From positions 1,586,353-1,650,352 of the forward strand of contig OZ244984.1 of NCBI GenBank assembly GCA_965223125.1: DNA of 64,000 bases, read 5' to 3'. The notes under the pieces were generated by a model. That model worked only from the letters and a program-made list of their open reading frames with translations. It was not told the DNA's origin and did not search any database. Made by a program: the position numbers and the translations under genes. Of this stretch, positions 44,841 to 55,089 are shown in pieces; positions within the stretch are counted from its first letter, which is position 1; each line of letters starts with the position of its first letter. Origin of the DNA: Alphaproteobacteria bacterium. Lineage in GTDB: Bacteria > Pseudomonadota > Alphaproteobacteria > UBA8366 > Aestuariispiraceae.

Positions 44841-46859
44841 TCACCCGTGTCGCAGCGCCTCCAGAAGCCCAGCCGGATCGGTGATCGGCAGGGAACAGAC
44901 CGGCCCGCGACAGAGATAGGCGGCGGGTTGGTCCCCGACCAGCCCCTTGCCCGCTGCCGGATGATCTGGCGGCAGAACCGCATCGGGCGCCTGGATGGTC
45001 AGCAGCCGGTCGGCGAGAGGGGCCGCCCTGGCGGCGGCAATCAGCGCCTGCACCTCCGGCAGGGCATCATCCCCCACCACGACGATCTGAACGCCCTGCT
45101 GCAACAGAACCGCGCCGTCGATCAGATTGGAATAGGGAAAGAAGTTCTGATCGATCTCACCTGAGAAAGTTCGAACGATTTCCTCCGCCCGATCCCGGTA
45201 CTTCGCGTTGCCGGTCAACCAGTGCAGCTTTGTCAGAACCGAAACCAACACCCCATTACCCGATGGCGTCGCATTGTCCCCGGCCGATTTCGTGCGAGCC
45301 ACCAGGGCTTCGGCATCATCGGGGGTCAGAAAGTACGCTCCCCCTACAGAATCACGATAATGCCGATCCAGTACGTCGGCCCAGGATATGGCGTGGTCCA
45401 TATAAACGGATCGGCCTGTCGCCTCCAGTAAAGCCAGCGCGGCCCGCATCATCGCCGCATAATCGTCCAGCGTAGCAGCATGTTGTGCGCGTCCTTCGCG
45501 GAAACTGTGGCGCAGGCGAGACCCGTCCGCCATTGGTCCCGCGACAAATGCGAAAGCGGTTTCCGCTGAGGCGATCCAGTCCAATTGCTCGAAGACCGAT
45601 CCGGCATGAGCCAGGGCGGCAATCGCAAGACCATTCCAATCGGCCAGCACCTTGTCATCCTTGAGCGGCGGCACCCGGTTCGCCCGATGCCCGAGAAGCA
45701 TTTCCCGCATCGGGGCAAGGCGGCGTTCCTCCACCGGATTCGGAGTCTCCAAAAGATGCAGACGATTAAGAATCGTCTTTCCCTCCCAGTTACCGGTTGG
45801 CGCGACATCATAGAAGGCTTTGAATTCCGCCGAGTCCGATCCCAGGATCTGATCGATCTCCGCCCCATCCCAAACATAGAACCGGCCTTCCTCACCCTCG
45901 CTGTCGGCATCACGGGCGGCAGCAAAGGCACCCTCCGCCGTGGTCATGTCATCGCGCAGCCAGGCAACGGTTTCCATTGCCCGCCGCTGATACAGCAGGT
46001 CGCCGGTCTCCAGCCAGGCCAATGCCAGAAGCTCCAGAATCTGCGCATTGTCATAGAGCATTTTTTCGAAATGCGGCACCAGCCAGGCCCGGTCCACGGT
46101 ATAGCGCGCGAACCCGCCACCCAAATGGTCATAGATCCCGCCCTCGCACATTTTGCGGATCGTGTGCAGGACCGCAGCCTTGAAATCCGCATTCCTGGTT
46201 CGATCCCCCGCCGCCCAGAGCTGCCGCAACAGCGAGACCTGGGGAAATTTCGGTGCATCGCCAATACCGCCATGTTCCCGGTCCATGGCCCCCAGCAGGC
46301 GCAGAGCGATCTGATCCGCCGCCTCTACGGCAATGCCGTCACCCGGTTTGGGATTGGCAAGCCGCGCAAGACCGTCCCGCAGCGCCTCGACATTCTGGGA
46401 AATCCGATCCGGCTGTTCGCGATAGGTCTTGGCGATGGCAGTCAGAACATCCGGGAAGCCGGGACGACCCCATTTACCCTGTGGAGGGAAATAGGTTCCC
46501 CCCCAGAAGGGTGCGCCATCGGGTGTCAGAAACATCGTCAGCGGCCAGCCGCCCTGTTCCCCCAGCATCGACAGCGCCGACTGATAGATCGTGTCGATGT
46601 CCGGGCGTTCTTCCCGGTCGACCTTGATCGGGATATAGAGATCATTCATCCGCTCGGCGATGGCCAGATTCTCGAAACTCTCATGCGCCATGACGTGGCA
46701 CCAGTGACAGGCGGCATAGCCCACGGACAACAGAATCGGCTTGTCCTGTGCCCTGGCCTCGGCCAGCGCTGCCGGACCCCAGGGCCGCCACTGCACCGGA
46801 TTGTCCTTGTGCTGCAACAGATAGGGGCTGGTTTCCTGTGCCAGAAGATTGGCCGACAT
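44841..46859 (-). CDS. Thioredoxin-domain protein of the YyaL/DUF255 family (N-acylglucosamine-2-epimerase-like fold)
   Basis: ATG at 46859 (MSANLLAQETSPYLLQHKDNPVQWRPWG), with SVGYAACHWCHVMAHESF and GGIYDHLGGGFARY. Confidence 0.9.
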   Translation of the reverse strand: MSANLLAQETSPYLLQHKDNPVQWRPWGPAALAEARAQDKPILLSVGYAACHWCHVMAHESFENLAIAERMNDLYIPIKVDREERPDIDTIYQSALSMLGEQGGWPLTMFLTPDGAPFWGGTYFPPQGKWGRPGFPDVLTAIAKTYREQPDRISQNVEALRDGLARLANPKPGDGIAVEAADQIALRLLGAMDREHGGIGDAPKFPQVSLLRQLWAAGDRTRNADFKAAVLHTIRKMCEGGIYDHLGGGFARYTVDRAWLVPHFEKMLYDNAQILELLALAWLETGDLLYQRRAMETVAWLRDDMTTAEGAFAAARDADSEGEEGRFYVWDGAEIDQILGSDSAEFKAFYDVAPTGNWEGKTILNRLHLLETPNPVEERRLAPMREMLLGHRANRVPPLKDDKVLADWNGLAIAALAHAGSVFEQLDWIASAETAFAFVAGPMADGSRLRHSFREGRAQHAATLDDYAAMMRAALALLEATGRSVYMDHAISWADVLDRHYRDSVGGAYFLTPDDAEALVARTKSAGDNATPSGNGVLVSVLTKLHWLTGNAKYRDRAEEIVRTFSGEIDQNFFPYSNLIDGAVLLQQGVQIVVVGDDALPEVQALIAAARAAPLADRLLTIQAPDAVLPPDHPAAGKGLVGDQPAAYLCRGPVCSLPITDPAGLLEALRHG

Positions 46860-47046
46860 GTCAGACTCCCGAAAGTGTGGATGATTACAGACTGGACAGT
46901 ATCGCCGCTCTCCGGGACACTGCCCGCACGCAATCAATCTTGGGAATCCAATCTAGGGAAACTGGTCGCTTGCGCCAAGGCCAGTGTCAGAGCTGAGATG
47001 GCATTTGCCGGAGCGAATAGCAGCCCGACAGAATGGGAGACATGCA

Positions 47047-47328
47047 ATGAAGATCACCGTGGATATCGACTGCACACCGGAAGAGGCACGGAAATTCCTG
47101 GGTCTTCCCGATGTTGCGCCGATGCAGGAGACCCTGATGCGCCAGGTACAGGAGCGCATGGAGGCGAACCTGAAAGCACTGGAGCCCGAAGCCCTGTTCC
47201 AGACCTGGCTGCCCGCATCGATCCAGGGGATCGAGCAAATCCAGAAGATGTTCTGGTCGCAAATGGCGTCGAAAGGCATGGCATCAGGCGGCTCATCACA
47301 GGACCGAGCCAAAGACAAATCTGACTAA
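47047..47328 (+). CDS. Small conserved hypothetical protein (DUF6489-like, tentative)
   Basis: ATG at 47047 after GGGAGA. MKITVDIDCTPEEARKFLGLPDVAPMQETLM.... The family name is from memory only. Confidence 0.6.
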   Translation: MKITVDIDCTPEEARKFLGLPDVAPMQETLMRQVQERMEANLKALEPEALFQTWLPASIQGIEQIQKMFWSQMASKGMASGGSSQDRAKDKSD

Positions 47329-47337
47329 GAAAATCAG

Positions 47338-48717
47338 ATGCGCGATACGATCTATGCCTTAAGCAGCGGCCCGGCACCTGCCGGTGTCGCCGTCATCCGG
47401 ATTTCGGGACCCGCGGCGGAAAGCGTTTTGTCCGATCTGTGCGGTGGCCTCAAGACGCCGTCTCCACGCCAGGCTGTGCTGCGACTGTTGCAGGATCGGA
47501 CCGCAGAGGCGGAGGAGGGAAGGGTCCTTGATCAGGCGCTCGTGATCTGGTTTCCCCAACCGGCCTCCTTCACCGGAGAAGATGTCGTAGAACTGCATTG
47601 CCATGGTGGGGCGGCCACCATTGCAGCAATCCTGGCCTGCTTGTCACGGCAACCCGACTGCCGGCTGGCCGATCCTGGAGAGTTTTCCAGGCGCGCCTTC
47701 GCCAATGGCCATCTGGACCTGACCGAAGCCGAAGCACTGTCCGACCTGATCCAGGCCGAAACTGAAACACAGCGTCGACTGGCGCTGCGGTTGGCGACGG
47801 GCGCGGGTAGGGACCGATATCAGGACTGGACGCAACGCCTGATCCGGGTGCTCGCGGTAATCGAAGCGGCCGTTGATTTTCCAGAAGACGACTTGCCGGA
47901 CGGTATGCTGGAGCGAAATGAAATCGAGATACGGTGTCTGATTGATGAGTTTCAGCAAGATATGGATTTGGGGGCATTGTCTCACGGCATTCGGGATGGT
48001 GTCCGGATCACTATCCTCGGTGCTCCCAACGTTGGAAAGTCATCCCTGCTCAATCGTCTAGCCGGGCGGGAAGCCGCAATCGTCTCCCATCGGGCGGGAA
48101 CAACGCGGGATGTTATTGAGGTCCGTCTGGATCTGGGTGGCTTCGTCGTCGTTCTGTCGGATACGGCCGGATTGCGGGAAACCGAGGACGACATTGAGGA
48201 AGAGGGTGTGCAGCGCGCACTCAAGGCCGCCGATACCGCCGACCTAATTTTGTGGCTGGAGGAATTGCCAGACATCAATACGGTAAAAAGGGACAGTATT
48301 CGAACCCTTCCAGCATCCCTTTCTGACCGCGCAGAGGATGTTCTTACAGTTCACACCAAACGGGATCTTTGGCCTCATTCCGCATCCCCTGAGACTTTCA
48401 AGTCAGACCCAGACATATCCTTTCACACTGTTTCCACCCTTACCGGGGAGGGCTTGAATGAGCTTCTTTCCCACATTTCGACACTTTGTTCCGACCGATA
48501 CGGGCGGGCTGCTCAGGCGGTGGCAGTTCGAACACGGCATCGCGATGCCCTGGGCCGCGCTGTCATCGCACTGAATCAAAGCCTCGAACAGCCTGAACTG
48601 GCGCTTTCGGGGGAGGACGTTCGCGTTTCTCTAACGGAGTTGGGTCGGATTACCGGACGGGTAGATGTGGAGTCTGTACTGAATGTGGTTTTCGCGGAAT
48701 TCTGTATCGGTAAGTGA
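47338..48717 (+). CDS. mnmE: tRNA modification GTPase MnmE
   Basis: 459 aa with MRDTIYALSSGPAPAGVAVIRISG, G1 motif GAPNVGKSSLLN, DTAG and C-terminal FCIGK. Confidence 0.95.
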   Translation: MRDTIYALSSGPAPAGVAVIRISGPAAESVLSDLCGGLKTPSPRQAVLRLLQDRTAEAEEGRVLDQALVIWFPQPASFTGEDVVELHCHGGAATIAAILACLSRQPDCRLADPGEFSRRAFANGHLDLTEAEALSDLIQAETETQRRLALRLATGAGRDRYQDWTQRLIRVLAVIEAAVDFPEDDLPDGMLERNEIEIRCLIDEFQQDMDLGALSHGIRDGVRITILGAPNVGKSSLLNRLAGREAAIVSHRAGTTRDVIEVRLDLGGFVVVLSDTAGLRETEDDIEEEGVQRALKAADTADLILWLEELPDINTVKRDSIRTLPASLSDRAEDVLTVHTKRDLWPHSASPETFKSDPDISFHTVSTLTGEGLNELLSHISTLCSDRYGRAAQAVAVRTRHRDALGRAVIALNQSLEQPELALSGEDVRVSLTELGRITGRVDVESVLNVVFAEFCIGK

Positions 48718-48722
48718 ATCAA

Positions 48723-48738
48723 TGTTTCACGTGAAACA
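48723..48738. other. parS centromere-like site, perfect palindrome TGTTTCACGTGAAACA
   Basis: 16 of 16 match to the Spo0J/ParB parS consensus TGTTNCACGTGAAACA. Lies 6 nt after the mnmE stop. Confidence 0.85.
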
Positions 48739-48792
48739 CTCTCTCAATCCTTCTCCATGAATTTCCTGGTTATGATTCTTTTTGGGCAGGAT

Positions 48793-48808
48793 TGTTTCAC
48801 GTGAAACA
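48793..48808. other. parS site, perfect TGTTTCACGTGAAACA
   Basis: Second identical copy 70 bp downstream of the first, in the mnmE-mnmG spacer. Confidence 0.85.
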
Positions 48809-48966
48809 TAGCTCCATAAAACTGGTATACAGGGTCAAATTAAAACACGAGAAACGATCCGTGATTGGTGAATTCCTGCGGTTCTCTTGACCCACTATCG
48901 ATAAGCGCGTATATCCGGCACGTATATCCGGGGCTTGCCACGACAGCCGCATAGAAAGACGTATTG

Positions 48967-50880
48967 ATGGACGATTCGACTTCCATTCCGAATTTTCCGA
49001 ACACCCATCCAGCCTCTACGCCTTGGGACGTTATCGTTGTGGGGGGTGGTCATGCAGGCTGTGAGGCGGCTGCCGCTGCCGCGCGACTGGGGGCACAGAC
49101 AGTGCTGGTTACCCACAAGCTGGAAACCATCGGGGAGATGTCCTGCAATCCCGCCATCGGCGGATTAGGCAAGGGTCATCTGGTCAAAGAAATTGACGCG
49201 CTGGACGGTATGATGGGCCGCGTCATCGATCAGGCTGGTATCCAGTTCCGTGTGTTGAACCGCAGCAAGGGGGCCGCCGTTCAGGGACCCCGCGCCCAAG
49301 CCGATAGGAAGCTGTATCGACAGGCCATGCAGGCCGTGCTTAAGGATCAGGAAAATCTGTCCATACTCGCCGGAGCGGTGGAAGATCTGCATGTCGGCGA
49401 TGACGGGCACGTCTCTGGTATTGTCCTGAGTGACGGCACCGTCTTGCGCAGCGGAGCCGTCGTCCTGACCACTGGCACCTTCCTGCGCGGGTTGATCCAT
49501 TGCGGTCATGAACGGACGCCTGCCGGGCGCATCGGCGATGGCCCCGCTATCGGACTTTCCTTAACTCTGGAGCGTCATGGTTTCACTCTTGGACGGCTCA
49601 AGACCGGAACACCGCCGCGCCTGGATGGCAGAACAATCGACTGGTCGGGACTGGAACGCCAGGAAGCCGATGCAACGCCGGAACCTTTTTCCAGCCTGAC
49701 CGATAGAATCCGGGTGCCCCAGATCGCCTGCCACATCACCTACACGAACACGCAAACCCATGATGTCATCCGCGATAATCTGAAGTTTTCAGCCCTGTAT
49801 GGCGGAATGATCGAAGGAATCGGCCCGCGTTACTGCCCCTCCATTGAAGACAAGGTGGTCAAATTTGCCGACAAACCGCGCCATCAGATTTTTCTGGAAC
49901 CGGAAGGCCTGGACGATGACACGGTTTATCCCAATGGCATCTCCAACTCGCTACCGCAGGAGATTCAGGCTGCTTTCCTGAAGACAATCCCAGGGCTTGA
50001 AGCGGCCCGGATCATCCGGCCGGGCTATGCCATCGAATATGATCATGTCGATCCGCGAGAGCTGCGCCCGACACTGGAAACCCGCCGGTTGCCCGGCCTC
50101 TATCTGGCGGGTCAGATCAACGGCACGACCGGATATGAGGAAGCGGCGGCACAGGGTCTGATGGCCGGGCTGAATGCCGCCCTGGCTGTAGGCGGCTCCG
50201 ATTCCCCCTTCATTCTGGATCGGGCGGACGCCTATATCGGCGTCATGATCGATGATCTGACGACGCGGGGGGCCGATGAGCCTTATCGCATGTTCACATC
50301 CCGCGCCGAATACCGTCTGCGGCTTCGGGCAGATAATGCCGACCAGCGCCTGACACCGCTTGGCCGGGCCATTGGCTGTCTATCCCCCCTGCGCCAGGAT
50401 CATTGGAACATCCGCGAAGCTGCGTTGGCCGAGGCCCGTCAGGTGTTGGCTTCGGTCAAAGCGACTCCGCAGGATCTCGCGCGGCATGGCATTTCCGTGC
50501 GCCAGGACGGGCGCATCCGGACTGGCATGGAAATTCTGGCGCTTCCAGATATCCCACTTTCTCGATTGGCCGCACTCTGGCCGGAAACCGGACGCATCCC
50601 GTCCTCCATCGTGCCACAGATTGAGACCGACGCGCGCTATGCCGCCTATCTCGACCGCCAGGACTCAGACATCCGAGCCTATCGCCGGGACGAATCACTG
50701 CACCTCCCCGACGATCTGGATTTCTCCCAGGTTGGAGGACTCAGCAATGAGATGATCCAGCGCCTTTCCAAGGGCAGACCGCTCACTTTGGGTCAGGCCG
50801 GTCGCCTTCCTGGCGTTACCCCCGCTGCCGTCGTAGCACTGATGCGGCATGTGCGTAGGGCGGGAGAGAAAGCGGCCTGA
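48967..50880 (+). CDS. mnmG: tRNA uridine 5-carboxymethylaminomethyl modification enzyme MnmG (GidA)
   Basis: ATG at 48967 (the track start at 48964 is a TTG). [25 protein letters not shown] and [16 protein letters not shown]. Confidence 0.95.
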   Translation: MDDSTSIPNFPNTHPASTPWDVIVVGGGHAGCEAAAAAARLGAQTVLVTHKLETIGEMSCNPAIGGLGKGHLVKEIDALDGMMGRVIDQAGIQFRVLNRSKGAAVQGPRAQADRKLYRQAMQAVLKDQENLSILAGAVEDLHVGDDGHVSGIVLSDGTVLRSGAVVLTTGTFLRGLIHCGHERTPAGRIGDGPAIGLSLTLERHGFTLGRLKTGTPPRLDGRTIDWSGLERQEADATPEPFSSLTDRIRVPQIACHITYTNTQTHDVIRDNLKFSALYGGMIEGIGPRYCPSIEDKVVKFADKPRHQIFLEPEGLDDDTVYPNGISNSLPQEIQAAFLKTIPGLEAARIIRPGYAIEYDHVDPRELRPTLETRRLPGLYLAGQINGTTGYEEAAAQGLMAGLNAALAVGGSDSPFILDRADAYIGVMIDDLTTRGADEPYRMFTSRAEYRLRLRADNADQRLTPLGRAIGCLSPLRQDHWNIREAALAEARQVLASVKATPQDLARHGISVRQDGRIRTGMEILALPDIPLSRLAALWPETGRIPSSIVPQIETDARYAAYLDRQDSDIRAYRRDESLHLPDDLDFSQVGGLSNEMIQRLSKGRPLTLGQAGRLPGVTPAAVVALMRHVRRAGEKAA

Positions 50881-50943
50881 CCATAAGGGCGGCTTTTCCC
50901 ATCGGAGGTTGCCATAATTGACTTCCTACCTGGGAGAACCACG

Positions 50944-51585
50944 ATGTCGGATCCTGTTTCTGACTTCCAGAAAAATACAAATGTTTCACGTGAAACCATG
51001 GCGCGATTGGAAGCCTATGCCGATCTTCTCTTGAAATGGCAGGTCAGAATCAACCTGATCGGGCCTCGAACAATACCTGATCTCTGGACACGGCATTTCT
51101 GGGATTCTGCCCAGCTTGCAGATCATATTCCAGAAGACGCAAACGTTCTTGTCGATCTCGGCAGCGGGGCAGGGTTCCCTGGTCTGGTCCTGGCAATCCT
51201 AACCGGACTGGAAACACATCTGATCGAATCCGATACACGCAAGGCTGCCTTTCTGCGCGAAGCCGCCCGAATTACCGGAATATCCAACCGAGTTACAGTC
51301 CATGCGAAGCGGGCTGAAACCGTTGTCCTGCATGTTGCAGATATCATCACAGCCCGTGCTCTGGCTCCCATGATTGATCTGCTTCCCCTGATTCAGCCAT
51401 TCTGGGGGTCGAGAACTTTGGGACTCTTCTTGAAGGGTAAAAGGTATAAAGAGGAATTGACCGCCTTAAATTATGTATGGTATATAAATTATGACGCGAT
51501 TCCGAGCCGCAGCGATGCGGATTCCGTACTGCTCAAGATCACTGACCTGAGTCGAATAGATCAGGCTGATCCGCAGAACGGATAG
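50944..51585 (+). CDS. rsmG: 16S rRNA (guanine527-N7)-methyltransferase RsmG (GidB)
   Basis: 213 aa with NVSRETMARLEAY, HFWDSAQL and DLGSGAGFPGLVLAI. Confidence 0.9.
   Translation: MSDPVSDFQKNTNVSRETMARLEAYADLLLKWQVRINLIGPRTIPDLWTRHFWDSAQLADHIPEDANVLVDLGSGAGFPGLVLAILTGLETHLIESDTRKAAFLREAARITGISNRVTVHAKRAETVVLHVADIITARALAPMIDLLPLIQPFWGSRTLGLFLKGKRYKEELTALNYVWYINYDAIPSRSDADSVLLKITDLSRIDQADPQNG
50982..50997. other. parS-like site TGTTTCACGTGAAACC embedded in the rsmG coding sequence
   Basis: 15 of 16 match to the perfect copies. Encodes N-V-S-R-E-T (codons 13-18 of rsmG). Confidence 0.7.
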
Positions 51586-51659
51586 GATTTTGAAACTCCT
51601 CGGGCGCCGTCGCAGGATTTTAACCGCACGGCTCATTGAGCCTAGAAGGAGTTACATCG

Positions 51660-52484
51660 ATGTACGCGAAACTGCCGGAAAAACTGACCCGGCCCCGGAC
51701 CGACGGATCCGCGCGGGTCGTTGCCATCGCCAACCAGAAGGGCGGGGTCGGCAAGACGACCACTGCGATCAATCTGGCCACCGCATTGGCCGCTTGTGAA
51801 AAGCGCGTGCTGATCGTTGACATCGATGCCCAGGGCAATGCATCCACCGGACTTGGCATCGACCGCCGCGACCGGGCGATCAGCTCTTACGATCTGCTGT
51901 TCGGACGGGAAGGGGCGGAGCGTGCCGCCGTTGACACATCGATCCCCCGCCTGCGGATCATCCCGGCTTCGATCCATCTCTCTGGCGCGGAACTGGAACT
52001 GGTCGAAGAGGACCGCCGCGAATTCCGGCTTCGGGATTCCCTGCGTGGCGTGATCGCTGACTATGATTACATCCTGATCGACTGTCCCCCAGCACTTGGG
52101 TTGCTGACCCTTAACGCACTTTGCGCCGCCGATGCCGTTCTGGTGCCGCTGCAATGTGAATTCTATGCACTCGAAGGTCTGAGCCATCTGTTGGGAACAA
52201 TCGAGCGGGTGAAACGCGCCTTCAATCCCAGGCTGGATATTCAGGGCGTCGTGCTGACCATGTATGACCGCCGCAACAATCTGTCGGACATGGTTGCCGC
52301 CGATGTCCGCGCGCATCTGGGTGACAAGGTCTATGAGACGGTGATCCCCCGCAATGTGCGGATCTCGGAAGCACCGAGTTATGGAAAACCTGTCATTCTT
52401 TATGACATGGAGTGTCGAGGCTCCCAGGCCTATATCCATCTGGCCGGGGAAGTCCTGAAACGGGAGCGGAGGATGGTGGCATGA
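51660..52484 (+). CDS. parA: Chromosome partitioning ATPase ParA (Soj)
   Basis: ATG at 51660 after AAGGAG. Deviant Walker A AIANQKGGVGKTTTAINLA, and ILIDCPP. Confidence 0.95.
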   Translation: MYAKLPEKLTRPRTDGSARVVAIANQKGGVGKTTTAINLATALAACEKRVLIVDIDAQGNASTGLGIDRRDRAISSYDLLFGREGAERAAVDTSIPRLRIIPASIHLSGAELELVEEDRREFRLRDSLRGVIADYDYILIDCPPALGLLTLNALCAADAVLVPLQCEFYALEGLSHLLGTIERVKRAFNPRLDIQGVVLTMYDRRNNLSDMVAADVRAHLGDKVYETVIPRNVRISEAPSYGKPVILYDMECRGSQAYIHLAGEVLKRERRMVA

Positions 52485-53452
52485 ATGCGGCAGCTGATGA
52501 CAGCCGCAAGCGCGGCCTGGGCCGGGGCCTGTCCGCCCTGTTCGGGGACGAGGATACCGGCCGCCTGAACGATGGCTACAGCGAGCCTGCAACCCGGACG
52601 TCAAAATCTGTCCCCATCGAATTCCTCCGGCCGAATCCCAGTCAGCCCCGCAAACGCTTTGACGAGGCGGCCATCGACGGGCTGGTCGATTCGATCCGGC
52701 AGCAAGGCATTCTTCAGCCGCTTCTTGTCCGCCCCCATCCGGACGATGCCAACGCCTATCAGATCGTTGCGGGCGAGCGCCGCTGGCGCGCGGCACAACG
52801 TGCCCAGCTTTATGAAGTACCGGTGGTCATCAAGGACCTGACCGATACCGAAACGCTGGAAATCGCGCTGATCGAAAATATCCATCGCGAGGATCTGACT
52901 CCGCTGGAAGAGGCAGAAGGCTATCAGCGCCTGATCGAGGAATTCAACCATACCCAGGACGCGCTGTCCAAAGCCGTTGGTAAAAGCCGTTCCCATGTCG
53001 CCAACATGCTTCGCCTTCTCTCCCTGCCGGAAGAATTGAAAAGCATGCTTGACGATGGCCTGATCTCAGCCGGTCACGCCCGTGCTCTGATCGGTGCGCC
53101 GAATGCCGGAGCCTTGGCGGAAGAAGTGCTGAAAAAAGGGTATAACGTCCGACAGACGGAACGACTGGTACAGGATACCAAACCCGATACCCATCGCACC
53201 CAGAACGGCCTAAAGAAAATCAAGGGTCGGATCGAAGGTGATACCGGCACCGGCGTCAAGGACCCCAATACATTGGCGATGGAGCGCAGCCTGACGGATC
53301 TGTTGGGCATGACAGTCCAGATCGATCTGAAGGGCGGAGGCGAATCCGGGCGACTGATTGTCGGATTCGATGATTTCGACCAGCTTGATGACGTGGTTGA
53401 GCGCCTGAATCGGGGTGCTCCCCAGAAAAAAAGCACCATCGTTGAAATGTAG
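52481..53452 (+). CDS. parB: Chromosome partitioning protein ParB (Spo0J)
   Basis: ATG at 52481 (ATGA overlap with parA). GLGRGLSALF, NPSQPRKRFDE, LLVRP..YQIVAGERRWRAA and the HTH QDALSKAVGKSRSHVANMLRLL. Confidence 0.95.
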   Translation: MNAAADDSRKRGLGRGLSALFGDEDTGRLNDGYSEPATRTSKSVPIEFLRPNPSQPRKRFDEAAIDGLVDSIRQQGILQPLLVRPHPDDANAYQIVAGERRWRAAQRAQLYEVPVVIKDLTDTETLEIALIENIHREDLTPLEEAEGYQRLIEEFNHTQDALSKAVGKSRSHVANMLRLLSLPEELKSMLDDGLISAGHARALIGAPNAGALAEEVLKKGYNVRQTERLVQDTKPDTHRTQNGLKKIKGRIEGDTGTGVKDPNTLAMERSLTDLLGMTVQIDLKGGGESGRLIVGFDDFDQLDDVVERLNRGAPQKKSTIVEM

Positions 53453-53476
53453 AGACAATCCGTTACAGGACAGTGG

Positions 53477-54529
53477 CTAACGCCGGACCGGACGACTGCC
53501 GATCCCCTGCTTCCGGGCCAGCGCGCCAATCTGATGCAGCGTGCGATGGCATAGAACCCAGTCCGGCGCGCCGCTGCGTTTGCAATCAGCCTCCGCAGCC
53601 ATCAGCAACCCCAGCGCCTCCGCAAGAAGTAAAGGATTCCAGCGCTTCACACTGGCTTCGAACCGGGGTTTGGCCTTGAAAAACACCATGGGCCGCAATG
53701 CAGACATCGCCGACTGCATTGGAACTCCCGACGCCACCATGTCCTGGACCCGTCGCAGCCGAAGCACGTGATTCGCCGACATCCGCAGCAATGCAACCGG
53801 CGCGGTGGCCTCCTGTGCTGCAAGATCAAGCGCACGATCCAGTGCCTCGGATTCACCCCCGGTCATGGCCTGTAGAATATCATCCAAAGCAGTGGCGGAG
53901 CTGTCCCCGATCAGCGTGACCACAGTTTCGTAATCCAGAACTCCGTCTCGCCCGGCATAAAGTGCGAGCTTCTCGATTTCAGAACGACTGATACCCCGGT
54001 CAGAACCCAGATTGGCAACGAGGTAATCCCTGGCATCACGCTCGATCCGAACTGACATCGGCCGCAACCCGTCATCAATCAACCGGTCGATCCCACCCGC
54101 GTCATCCAGATAGCAAGCAATCGCCGCACCCAGTTTGGCGGATTCGAAGGCCTTTCGCAGTTTGGAACTTGCCGCCAGATCTCCGGCCGCTGCCAGAACC
54201 AATGCATCACCGACCGGGTCTTCCAAAAAGCCCGCCAGCGCCGCAGTCGCCGCATCCGTTGCATCCCGAATCAGGATCACCCGCTGACCACCACCCATTG
54301 CAATCGCTGCGGCTTCATCATTCAAAATCGCTCTGTCGGATTTCAATGCATCGCTGGTCAGTTCACAGACCCGAAATGGATCGTTCAGATCCTCGACAAC
54401 CCCCTGCGCCAAGGCCAGAATCCGTTCCCGCGCCAGCCCCGCGTCAGGTCCGTAGCACAGGACAGCCCGGATTTCCGAAGGCGGCTTCTGGATGAAACCA
54501 TCGATCGATCCGGTCGCGACCTTGACCAT
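53477..54529 (-). CDS. holA: DNA polymerase III delta subunit
   Basis: 350 aa with AVLCYGPDAGLARER and the conserved position between parB and lptE-leuS. Confidence 0.85.
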   Translation of the reverse strand: MVKVATGSIDGFIQKPPSEIRAVLCYGPDAGLARERILALAQGVVEDLNDPFRVCELTSDALKSDRAILNDEAAAIAMGGGQRVILIRDATDAATAALAGFLEDPVGDALVLAAAGDLAASSKLRKAFESAKLGAAIACYLDDAGGIDRLIDDGLRPMSVRIERDARDYLVANLGSDRGISRSEIEKLALYAGRDGVLDYETVVTLIGDSSATALDDILQAMTGGESEALDRALDLAAQEATAPVALLRMSANHVLRLRRVQDMVASGVPMQSAMSALRPMVFFKAKPRFEASVKRWNPLLLAEALGLLMAAEADCKRSGAPDWVLCHRTLHQIGALARKQGIGSRPVRR

Positions 54530-54534
54530 CGACC

Positions 54535-55071
54535 CTAGCCCTTGAGCAGACGCTGTTTCTCGAAATAGGTCGCCGCCTGCAGACGCAGATCATCGGCAAT
54601 CACCACGAGACTGCGGCGCATTGCATCCTGGCGCGCAACCTCTGCCGCATAATCGGATTCGGAGATAGAGAAGCTGGCAACCGTCCGAGAACTGAAACTG
54701 AAGGATGTTTCCCCCGTGCTAAGACTTGCCGATACCGAAACGGACAATTCAGCCCGCCGGACGCTGGCATCAATCTGTGTTCCCCGATCTGCTTGCGATG
54801 AAGACAGTTCGACCGTCAGGACATGCTGCGGATTTGCCGGGCGTCCCTTTGGATTGAACCGATCCAGCAGAAGATTGTGCAGAATCTGCCCGTCCCGATC
54901 TTCGATTGATGCAATCCGGGTTGCGGCCAGATCCGCCATGACATCCGCGCCACCATCAGAGCCGCCTGTTCCATAAACCGGACGAAAGCCGCATCCCGCC
55001 AGGCCAAACAGTGTTCCGCCCAACATCAGACGGGATAAATGCCGCCGATCAATCCGCTTCACTTCGGCCAC
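54535..55071 (-). CDS. lptE: LPS-assembly lipoprotein LptE
   Basis: 178 aa with lipobox LFGLAGCGF, located between leuS and holA as is usual. Confidence 0.75.
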   Translation of the reverse strand: MAEVKRIDRRHLSRLMLGGTLFGLAGCGFRPVYGTGGSDGGADVMADLAATRIASIEDRDGQILHNLLLDRFNPKGRPANPQHVLTVELSSSQADRGTQIDASVRRAELSVSVSASLSTGETSFSFSSRTVASFSISESDYAAEVARQDAMRRSLVVIADDLRLQAATYFEKQRLLKG

Positions 55072-55089
55072 CTCTCTCGCTGGAAATCG

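Noticed and set aside
46197-46207. tRNA T-arm-like GGTTCGATCCC
   Set aside because: It lies inside the YyaL-family coding sequence, and no acceptor, anticodon or D-arm structure can be built around it.
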